A DNA stretch of 63,924 bases, the filler included. It is 4 parts of 4 records of this genome, joined end to end, with 100 filler letters (N's around TTAATTAATTAA, not from the genome) between each part and the next. Parts side by side here need not be neighbours in the genome. Positions count along the whole stretch, not along the records: positions 45,466 to 58,812 come from SRR22947727_3378; positions 58,913 to 63,924 come from SRR22947727_3501; 2 more parts are not named here. One strand, written 5' to 3'. Positions 55,611 to 63,924 of the stretch are shown here, piece by piece. Position 1 is the first letter of the stretch, and each line of letters starts with the position of its first letter. The notes under the pieces were generated by a model. It saw nothing but the letters and a program-made list of their open reading frames with translations, had not been told where the DNA came from and did no database searches. The position numbers were made by a program, and so were the translations under genes.

Positions 55611-56542
55611 GACCAGCCTCCCAACCCATAGGGCGCCAAAAGCGCCTCTGCCAAAATCGCAAGGAAATGCACGAAGAGATAGAACAGCGAAAACTTAAAG
55701 AAGGCCCGCTCTACCTTGAAATTATCCGCCTCAGACGCCAGCTCATCGCGCCGCCAAATGAGGACGGCATCTTTCAGCACGATCACATTGCAGATCAACG
55801 CCACAATCAGATATATCACGCCCCCAATCGAGGTGAAGGCCAAGCCAATTGCCAGGGCCGCTTGCAGCACCGCATAGGCGAGAATGTGACGCCGGGTTGC
55901 CGGACGCCCGTGGGTAACCGTGAGCATGGGCACATCGGCATCATCGTAATCGGAGCGCATGAAAAGCGCGAGCGCCCAGAAATGCGGTGGGGTCCACATG
56001 AAGATCAAAGCAAACATCAAGACCGCCTCGACGGAGACAGAGCCCGTGGCTGAAACCCAGCCAATCAGCGGCGGGAAGGCGCCAGCCGCGCCACCGATCA
56101 CAATATTTTGTGGCGTCACGCGCTTGAGCCATATGGTATAAATCACCGCATAAAAGAAGATGGTAAAGGCGAGCCATGCGGCCGCATGCCAATTGGCCGC
56201 AAGCCCCAGCATGAGAACGGAGAGACCAGACAAAGCCACCCCCAGCCCCAATGCCGCATCGAGCGAGATACGCCCCGATGGAATGGGGCGGGATTTTGTG
56301 CGACGCATAATCGCGTCAATATCCGCATCCCACCACATGTTCAAAGAGCCGGACGCTCCGCCGCCAATGGCGATGAATAAGATCGCACAAAAGGCCTCAA
56401 CCGGGTGCAGGCTCACAGGCGCGGCCATCAACCCAACGAAGGCTGTGAACACCACCAACGACATGACACGCGGCTTGAGTAAGGCCACATAGTCGCCAAA
56501 CACCGGATCGTACTCTGCGTTATGATCTGCCACCGTCACCAT
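55607..56542 (-). CDS. ctaB: Heme o synthase (protoheme IX farnesyltransferase)
   Basis: LLKPRVMSLVVFT, DIDAIM.RT..RPIP, QNIVIGGAAG, WTPPHFWAL. Confidence 0.96.
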   Translation of the reverse strand: MVTVADHNAEYDPVFGDYVALLKPRVMSLVVFTAFVGLMAAPVSLHPVEAFCAILFIAIGGGASGSLNMWWDADIDAIMRRTKSRPIPSGRISLDAALGLGVALSGLSVLMLGLAANWHAAAWLAFTIFFYAVIYTIWLKRVTPQNIVIGGAAGAFPPLIGWVSATGSVSVEAVLMFALIFMWTPPHFWALALFMRSDYDDADVPMLTVTHGRPATRRHILAYAVLQAALAIGLAFTSIGGVIYLIVALICNVIVLKDAVLIWRRDELASEADNFKVERAFFKFSLFYLFVHFLAILAEALLAPYGLGGWS

Positions 56543-56564
56543 CTACCTTTTGCTCAACACGCGT

Positions 56565-57413
56565 TTAGTTTGATGCCACTTGAACCGATTGTGGCACGCC
56601 AGCGAGTTCTTCTATCGTGCTGGAAAGCCATGCGTCATATTGCTCTTGGCTCACCACTTTTACAGTGATTGGCATATAGGCATGGGCCTGGCCGCAGAGC
56701 TCAGAGCACTGACCGAAGTAAACGCCCTCTTTCTCTGCCGCAAACCACAGCTCAGCCAAACGTCCGGGAACCGCATCTTGTTTCACGCCAAAGGCAGGAA
56801 TGGTCCAAGAGTGAATCACATCAGCGCCGGTCAGCTGCATCACAACGGTCGCGCCAACGGGCACAACAACGGCTGTATCGGTGGCCAGCAAATATTCATC
56901 GGGCGCATAGCCGTAATCGGCCAGTTCATCTTTTTGCAGCATCACGCTGTCAAAACCAAAGTCATGATCGACATATTCATAGCCCCAATACCACTGGTAC
57001 CCGGTGACTTTGATGGTGATGTCGGCTTCTGGGATTTCTTGCTGCTTAAACAAAATTGGCAGCGAGTAGGCACCGATCACCACCAAAATAGCCACAGGAA
57101 CGACCGTCCAAGTCACTTCGAGAACCGAATGATGGGTGAAAGTGCCTGGCGTGTCGTTGCGGCTGCGGTGGAACTTGAACGCAGCATAGGCCAGCAAACA
57201 GGTCACAAAGACAGAAATCACTGTAATGATGACCAACAAGAAATTGTCGAGCCAGACAAGATCGCGCATCAATTCCGTCGCCGGAAATTGAAAGCCCATG
57301 CCTTTGGGCTCCGGCTTGCCGATGGATTCCAATCCTTGGAAATTTTCTTGTGCTTGAGCAACCCCAGCCAAAGTGACCAGTGCCGCGCTTAACAGAGACG
57401 TAAGAATTCGCAT
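56565..57413 (-). CDS. ctaC: Cytochrome c oxidase subunit II
   Basis: GYQWYW, DVIHSW, CuA site GQCSELCG.AHAYMP. Confidence 0.97.
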   Translation of the reverse strand: MRILTSLLSAALVTLAGVAQAQENFQGLESIGKPEPKGMGFQFPATELMRDLVWLDNFLLVIITVISVFVTCLLAYAAFKFHRSRNDTPGTFTHHSVLEVTWTVVPVAILVVIGAYSLPILFKQQEIPEADITIKVTGYQWYWGYEYVDHDFGFDSVMLQKDELADYGYAPDEYLLATDTAVVVPVGATVVMQLTGADVIHSWTIPAFGVKQDAVPGRLAELWFAAEKEGVYFGQCSELCGQAHAYMPITVKVVSQEQYDAWLSSTIEELAGVPQSVQVASN

Positions 57414-57522
57414 GTTCTACCCTATGTCTTTCGCGCCTTCGCGCTTTTCCGCCACACGAATGTGTGACGCGTGATTGTATTTTATGCAGCATCAATCATA
57501 ACATTGCCTCACACGCAATTGG

Positions 57523-57536
57523 TTGATCCGCGTCAA
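57523..57536. promoter_or_regulatory. FNR/FnrL-type box upstream of ctaC
   Basis: TTGAT-CCGC-GTCAA, one mismatch to TTGAT-N4-ATCAA. Confidence 0.65.
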
Positions 57537-57601
57537 AGGGACGCCAGTGGCAAAATTCACCCGCGAAAACCACTTTTCGCCAAAATATCGCAAGGAATTT
57601 C

Positions 57602-58812
57602 ATGACTGATTCTCTATTTCGCCCGTTTGAGACCCATCTCGATCGGGAGTCGGCCCGTGAAATTCTTAAATCAACCCTGATTGGAGCGGAAGATGGGGAG
57701 CTGTTTTTAGAGCGCTCTAGGTCCGAAGTGTTGTCTTTTGACGACGGGCGGCTGCGCACGTCGAGTTTTGATGCCTCTGAAGGCTTCGGTCTGCGCGCAG
57801 TCCAGGGCGAGCGGGTCGGCTACGCGCATGCAACCGAAATTTCCGAACAGGCCATGCGCCGCGCAGCAGGCACCGTACGCTTGGCCGTTCAGGCAGGTGG
57901 CGGGCCATTATGCGCCGCGCCGCCCGCCACCAATCGCCGTCTCTACAGCGATCACAACCCCCTCAGCGATTCGAGCTTTCCGGCCAAGATCGATATTCTG
58001 CGCGAGATTGATGCTTATGCCCGCGGTTTGGACCGCCGCGTGGTCCAAGTCTCAGCCACGATCGCAGCCTCCCATCAAGAGGTGGTCATCTTGCGCGCAG
58101 AGGGGCCTGATGTTTCCGACAGCCGCCCAATGGTGCGCATGAATGTCTCAGTTATTGTGGAGCAAGACGGGCAACGCCAAACCGGCTATGTCGGCGGCGG
58201 TGGGCGCTATGGGCTGGGTGGCATGCTTGAACCAAGCCATTGGCAACCTTTGGTGCGCGAAGCTCTGCGCATCGCTGTGGTCAACCTCGCCGCTATTCCC
58301 GCACCTGCGGGGGTCATGGATGTGGCCCTGGGTGCAGGGTGGCCCGGCATCTTATTGCATGAAGCGGTTGGCCATGGGCTCGAAGGTGATTTCAACCGCA
58401 AAGGCACCTCTGCCTTCGCAGGTCTCATGGGCCAAAGGATCGCGGCCCCAGGTGTCACGGTCCTGGATGATGGCACAATACCAGATCGCCGCGGATCGAT
58501 CAGCATTGACGATGAGGGCACACCAAGCGGCAAGAATACCTTGATCGAAGACGGAATATTGGTCGGCTATATGCAGGACCGACAAAACGCGCGGCTCAGC
58601 GGCAATGCCCCAACAGGCAACGGCCGCCGCCAGAGCTTCGCACATGCGCCCATGCCGCGCATGACCAACACCTATATGTTGGGCGGGGATGTGGATCCCA
58701 AGGATATGCTTTGCGATATGAAAGACGGCATTTACGCTGTAGGCTTCGGCGGCGGTCAAGTCGATATCACCAACGGGAAATTCGTCTTTTCCTGCACCGA
58801 GGCCTATCAGGT
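57602..58812 (+). CDS. tldD: Metalloprotease TldD, 3'-truncated by the contig end
   Basis: GILLHEAVGHGLEGDFNRK, DDEGTP, PRMTNTYM, GGQVDI. Confidence 0.96.
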
Positions 58813-58912
58813 NNNNNNNNNNNNNNNNNNNNNNNNNNNNNNNNNNNNNNNNNNNNTTAATTAATTAANNNNNNNNNNNNNNNNNNNNNNNNNNNNNNNN
58901 NNNNNNNNNNNN
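58813..58912. other. Artificial contig spacer
   Basis: 44 N + TTAATTAATTAA + 44 N. Confidence 0.98.
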
Positions 58913-61553
58913 TGGTATTTCCGCTTTTCAAGGGCAATTTCGGTTTATCGCGTGCCAACAATTCTTCAAATGTTAATGTTGCATCGGCAACGGCAAAGGC
59001 ATCTTTGCTGTTCAATAAGGCCGGGATTTCATCACGAAGCGCCAAGGTGCATGATGGTTCCAATCCGACAATCGGGATGTCAAGCTTGGCAAAGGGTGTC
59101 ATGGCGTTAACCAGCCGGCGCGCTTCATGGCGGGCGCGGTCAATCATGCCTGTGGATAAAAAGGTACGGCCACAACAAAGTGGCTGTTTGGATCCATCTG
59201 GCATGGGGGTAAAGACATCATATCCAGCCGCCTGCAAAACCCGAACCGCCGCGCGGATATTTTCCGGCTCGAAATAGCGGTTAAAGCTATCAATGAAAAG
59301 CAATACTGGCGGTTTAACAGTCGCTGATGATGATTTATCGGCAGGGCCGTTTGGCAATTCATGATTGCGGAACCAGCGCCTTTGCCAGCGTGGTAAGGGG
59401 CGGCGGGCGCTAAAGCCAGTTATTTTTTCGCTTAGCCAAGCCAGCCCCGGGACAATGTCACGCAGTCTTATCAGTGGGGCAATCGCTGCCGCATAAGGGG
59501 CATAATCGGGAAGATGGGCAACAAGCCGGTCGTGAAGTGACAGGCCTTTGGCCTCAGTGCGAAGCGCGGTCACTTCAACTTTCATCCGCGCCATATCGAC
59601 ACCTGTTGGGCATTCGCGTTTACAGGCTTTGCAAGACACGCAAAGCTTCATTGTGTCTGCCATATCGTCACTGGCCAATGCCTCTGGACCAAGTTGGCCC
59701 GACAGGGCAAGGCGAAGGCTATTTGCACGTCCTCTTGTTGAGTCGCGCTCATCGCGTGTTGCTCGGAAAGATGGGCACATGACCCCACCATCCAATTTGC
59801 GGCACGCCCCGTTGTTATTGCACATTTCAACCGCGCCTTGCAGCCCGCCAGCCTTGCCAGGCCATGCGTCCCAATTTAATCGGGTTGGGAAATCATCAAT
59901 TTTATATCCGGGTGAAAACCGGAAAAGCGAACGATCATCCATTTTTGGTGCATTGGTGATTTTGCCCGGATTGAAAATATCCTGCGGGTCAAACATCTGT
60001 TTTACCTGCCGGAATAGGGTGGCCATTTTGGTGCCAAACATCACTTCGTTAAATTCGGAACGGGCAATGCCATCACCATGTTCGCCCGAATGCGAGCCGC
60101 CATATTCCTTGACCAGTTTGAAGGCATCTTCGGCAATGCCCCGCATGGCGGCAACATCATCGGCGTTTTTCATATCCAATACAGGGCGAACATGAAGACA
60201 GCCAACCGATGCATGCGCATACCATGTGCCGGTTGTGTTATATTTGGTAAAGATCCGCGTCAGCTTGTCAGTATATTCGGCAAGATCAGGAAGCGCGACG
60301 GCGCAATCTTCGACAAAAGATACAGGTTTGGCCGCGGTTTTCATCGACATCATGATATTCAGGCCGGATTTGCGCATTTCGCTAATGCGCGCCTGATCGC
60401 TATCTTCGGTTAAAATAACCGTACCGCCAGTAAAGGCTGCGGGCTTGTCCCAGCCAAAGCCGAGATCAGCCATCGTTGTTTCCAGTGCGGCAAGACGACG
60501 GGTGTTTTCGGCCGGGTCTTCCTCGGCAAATTCAACCACCAAAATGGCGGCCGGTTCGCCTTTGATATAGGCTTCGACAGTTGGCCGGAAAATGGAAATC
60601 GACCGCGCCAGATCAAGCATGGTGCTGTCAATCAATTCCACCGCAACCGGATCAAGCGTCACAAGATGCTGGGCGGCATCCATGGCTTTATAAAAAGTGG
60701 GAAAATGGCACAGCCCCATCACCTTGCGGGCGGGAAGGGGTGATAATTTCAACGTGATCGCGGTTGAATAGGCAAGTGTGCCTTCCGACCCAACCAGAAG
60801 ATGCGCAAGATTTATGCCGTCACCGGCTTTGCCATCGGGGCGAAGCGCCATTGCGTCGGGAATAAGCGAGTCGATATTATAGCCGCCAACACGGCGAAGC
60901 ACCTTTGGAAAGCTGGATAGAATTTCATCACCATGTGTCGCACCAAGTGCCAAAAGGTCAGGCAATATTTCGCCAAGCCGTCCGGTGGGCTTTGCCGCAG
61001 CTGGATCATAGGCACCAAATGATGCACGGGTGCCATCGGCAAGAATGGCGTCAATCGCCAGAACATTATCGCGCATGATACCATAGCGGATGGATCGGCC
61101 ACCACAGCTGTTGTTGGCGGTCATGCCGCCAATGGTTGCCCGACTAGAGGTGGAAACATCTACCGGAAACCACAGCCCATGCGGCTTTAACTGACGGTTC
61201 AATTCGTCAAGAACGATTCCCGGCTCAACAATGCAGCGCCGGTTTTCGACATCAAGTTCCAGAATCGAGTTTAGGTATTTTGTGTTATCGAGAACCACCG
61301 CGTGATTGACCGTCTGGCCACATTGCGACGTGCCGCCACCACGCGGCAAAAGTGCCATGCCCTGTTCACGGCAAAAGGCAATGGTGGCTTCGACATCAGC
61401 AATTGTTTTTGGAACAACAACACCATGAGGCATCATTTGATAAATCGACGCATCGGTTGCATAGCGACCGCGCGTGAAACCATCATCAAACAATTCACCA
61501 GAAATAGATCGCCGTAAGCGCTCGAACCCGGTGAAGGCACTGCCGTCAGCCAT
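58913..61553 (-). CDS. FAD-linked 2-hydroxyacid oxidoreductase fused to an Fe-S/CCG domain (GlcD+GlcF/YdiJ-like), 3'-truncated
   Basis: RGGGTSQCGQ, GSEGTL, HASVGCLH, SGEHGDG, CNNNGAC, CVSCKACKRECP, CCGR, EPSC. Confidence 0.92.
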
Positions 61554-61569
61554 TTTTTGCTCCGAATTT

Positions 61570-61600
61570 TAGTATACAATTTTGTTGTATTGTTATACAA
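61570..61600. promoter_or_regulatory. GntR/FadR-like operator(s) in the divergent promoter
   Basis: TAGTATACAA (61570-61579) and inverted repeat TTGTAT-TGTT-ATACAA (61585-61600). Confidence 0.5.
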
Positions 61601-61688
61601 ACTACATGTAACATTCAACCTTATTGATGGTCGTAAAAACGCTATCAATGAAAAATAGATACCGCGCATCTGATCGGAGACCAATTCA

Positions 61689-62861
61689 ATGCCTACACCC
61701 TATGCCGCTGGCCGTCATTTCCTTCAAATTCCCGGCCCAACAAATGTGCCTGATAGGGTGCTACGTGCGATGGACTATCCGACCATTGACCATCGCGGCC
61801 CGCAATTTGCCGAAATCGGGGCAAAATGCTTGGCCGGTATGAAAACGATTTTCAAGACCGATAGCCATGCTGTGATATATCCTGCATCAGGTACGGGCGC
61901 ATGGGAATCGGCCTTGGTGAATACCTTGCGAGAGGGTGATCTGGTGCTGATGGTTGAAACGGGGCATTTCGCCTCGCTTTGGCATAAAATGGCGTCCCGC
62001 TTGGGGCTTGAAACCGAATTTCTGGCCACCGATTGGCGCCGCGGTGTTGACCCGCAACAGGTTGAGGACCGGCTTCGCGCTGATACGGAAAACAAGATTA
62101 AGGCGGTTTGTATCGTCCATAACGAAACCTCGACCGGATCAACATCGCGCGTTGATGAAGTGCGTTTGGCGATGGATAATGCCGGTCATGATGCGCTGTT
62201 GCTTGCTGACACGATCTCGTCACTTGCTTCGATTGATTTTCGGCATGATGAATGGGGCGTCGATGTCACCGTTGCGGGTTCGCAAAAAGGCCTGATGCTG
62301 CCACCCGGTCTTTCGTTTAACGCAGTGTCGGAAAAGGCACTGGCTGTTGCCAGCAAAGGCGGCATGCGCCGCAGCTATTGGGATTGGGAAGAACAGATTG
62401 CGGCAAATAAGGATGGCTCGTTCCCGTTCACCCCAGCAACCAACCTCCTTTACGGCTTGGCCGAAGCGATTGATATGTTGCATGAAGAAGGGCTGGATAA
62501 TGTGTTTAAACGGCATGATCGGCACGCCGCTGCAACGCGCAAGGCTGTGCAGGCATGGGGTCTTGAGGTTCTGTGTCAGGAGCCAAAGGATTATTCGAGC
62601 GCCTTGACCGCGGTTTTGCTGCCAGACGGGCATAATGCGGATGCTTTCCGCGCTGGCGTATTGCAGAATTTCAACATGTCACTTGGCAATGGTTTGGCCA
62701 AGCTTGCTGGCAAGGTGTTCCGGATTGGACATTTGGGTGACTTTAATGATCTCATGCTTCTTGGCACATTAAGTGGTGTCGAGATGGGTTTGTCACTTGC
62801 CAATATTCCGCATCAAAAAGGTGGTGTTGACGCCGCCATGAATATGCTTAAAGGCGATTAA
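61689..62861 (+). CDS. Class V PLP aminotransferase (serine/aspartate-glyoxylate aminotransferase-like)
   Basis: GRHFLQIPGPTNVP, SGTGAWE, VHNETSTG, GSQKGLMLPPG, FRIGHLG. Confidence 0.93.
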   Translation: MPTPYAAGRHFLQIPGPTNVPDRVLRAMDYPTIDHRGPQFAEIGAKCLAGMKTIFKTDSHAVIYPASGTGAWESALVNTLREGDLVLMVETGHFASLWHKMASRLGLETEFLATDWRRGVDPQQVEDRLRADTENKIKAVCIVHNETSTGSTSRVDEVRLAMDNAGHDALLLADTISSLASIDFRHDEWGVDVTVAGSQKGLMLPPGLSFNAVSEKALAVASKGGMRRSYWDWEEQIAANKDGSFPFTPATNLLYGLAEAIDMLHEEGLDNVFKRHDRHAAATRKAVQAWGLEVLCQEPKDYSSALTAVLLPDGHNADAFRAGVLQNFNMSLGNGLAKLAGKVFRIGHLGDFNDLMLLGTLSGVEMGLSLANIPHQKGGVDAAMNMLKGD

Positions 62862-62931
62862 AAGGCTCACATCAGTTTTGCCATCCCCAAAGCTGGTGCC
62901 AAACATTAATGGGATGAAATGGGAGAGAAAC

Positions 62932-63909
62932 ATGAAATCTATCGTAAAAACGCTTCTGGTGACGGCTGTTACTGCGGTTATGGCAACGTCAGCCAATGCG
63001 GCAGATCTGGTGCTGAAATTTGGCCATGTTGGCAAGCCTGGTTCGTTGTTTGATATGTCAGCAAATGAATTTGCGCGGATCGCCAATGCAAAGCTGGCTG
63101 GCAAAGCTGAAGTGCAGGTCTTTGGATCAAGCCAGCTTGGTAAAGACAAAGAATTGCTGCAAAAGCTAAAGCTTGGACAGATTGATTTTTCATTGCCATC
63201 ATCAGTGATGTCATCGGTATCGGACGAATTTGGTGTTTTCGAAATGCCATATATCATCCAGAGCCGCGACCATATGAAAAAGGTACAGGCTGCATTAGGT
63301 GATACATTCCAGGATGCGGCTGGTGCCAAGGGTTATCACATTTTGTCATATTGGGAAAATGGCTTCCGCCACATCACCAATAACACCCGCGCAATCAATG
63401 TGCCAACCGATCTGCAAGGCATCAAGCTGCGCACACCAAAGGGCGCTTGGCGGGTAAAGATGTTCAAACTTTATGGTGCAAACCCAACACCAATGTCATT
63501 TTCTGAGGTCTTTACCGCCCTTCAAACGGGCGTAATCGATGGTCAGGAAAACCCATATGCACAGATTGCATCAGCAAAATTCCAAGAAGTGCAGGAATAT
63601 CTGTCAATCACTGGCCATGTTTACACGCCTGCTTATGTCCTGACCTCAAAGAGTGGTTTTGGTAAATTGCCTGCCGATGTTCAGGCCGCATTGCGTGAAG
63701 CCGCTGTTGAGACTCAGGCTTATGTCTATGAAACCGCTGCTCGTCTTGAAAATGAGCTGTTGACCGTGATCAAGGATGCCGGAGTTGCCGTCAATACGGC
63801 TGACAAGGCAGCTTTCATCGCCGCGTCAAAGCCAATCTATGACGATTACGCATCATCTGTAAAAGGTGGTGACGCGCTGATTTCGAAAGTACAGAACGCA
63901 GCGAAATAA
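62932..63909 (+). CDS. dctP: TRAP transporter substrate-binding protein
   Basis: Signal peptide; SSQLG, ENGFRH, DLQGIKLRTP, EVFTALQTGVIDGQENP. Confidence 0.93.
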   Translation: MKSIVKTLLVTAVTAVMATSANAADLVLKFGHVGKPGSLFDMSANEFARIANAKLAGKAEVQVFGSSQLGKDKELLQKLKLGQIDFSLPSSVMSSVSDEFGVFEMPYIIQSRDHMKKVQAALGDTFQDAAGAKGYHILSYWENGFRHITNNTRAINVPTDLQGIKLRTPKGAWRVKMFKLYGANPTPMSFSEVFTALQTGVIDGQENPYAQIASAKFQEVQEYLSITGHVYTPAYVLTSKSGFGKLPADVQAALREAAVETQAYVYETAARLENELLTVIKDAGVAVNTADKAAFIAASKPIYDDYASSVKGGDALISKVQNAAK

Positions 63910-63924
63910 CACCAAATCCAGCCA

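Noticed and set aside
45466-58812. Novelty in the mtnP-apt / rimJ-M16-thrC-surf1-cta-tldD region
   Set aside because: A conserved alphaproteobacterial core arrangement; nothing anomalous seen.
1-63924. tRNA, rRNA, riboswitch or CRISPR array
   Set aside because: None recognised by eye; a covariance-model scan would be needed to exclude small RNAs in the 42.6-45.4 kb intergenic stretches.

Overview
This window is not one locus. It is four unrelated contigs joined by artificial 100-nt spacers (44 N + TTAATTAATTAA + 44 N at 16130-16229, 45366-45465 and 58813-58912). (1) 1-16129: a very AT-rich, all plus-strand fragment of a large contractile-tailed phage. It has gp25-like and gp6-like baseplate genes, a 2151-aa wedge/fibre protein, three tail-collar-like proteins, a GIY-YIG nuclease, a primase and a PD-(D/E)xK nuclease; SD-less A-rich starts suggest a Bacteroidota host. 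(2) 16230-45365: an alphaproteobacterial (Rhodobacterales-like) phosphorus-starvation island. It carries phnCDEE plus an acetyltransferase, a PHP hydrolase, an intact C-P lyase (phnGHIJKLN, DUF1045, phnM) with a broken phnF, a second phnD-phnC-phnE-phnM-like operon of unknown substrate, duplicated acyltransferases and at least six Pho-box-like sites. It is littered with pseudogenes largely missed or fragmented in the ORF track (second PHP, third phnM, GDPD, MFS, RepA-like helicase with an origin-like repeat array, integrase N-terminus, HNH, two IS3 remnants). (3) 45466-58812: ordinary roseobacter-type core genes (GNAT, flavin reductase, SulP, mtnP, apt, rimJ, M16 peptidase, thrC, SURF1, ctaE/G/B/C, tldD). 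(4) 58913-63924: an FAD/Fe-S oxidoreductase divergent from a class V aminotransferase and a TRAP DctP. The strongest candidates for undescribed biology are in contig 2: the Pho-boxed phnDCE/phnM-like operon, the repeatedly acquired acyltransferase/GDPD/PHP module, and signs that the island rode in on a satellite-like element. All family calls come from motif recognition by eye; no searches were run.
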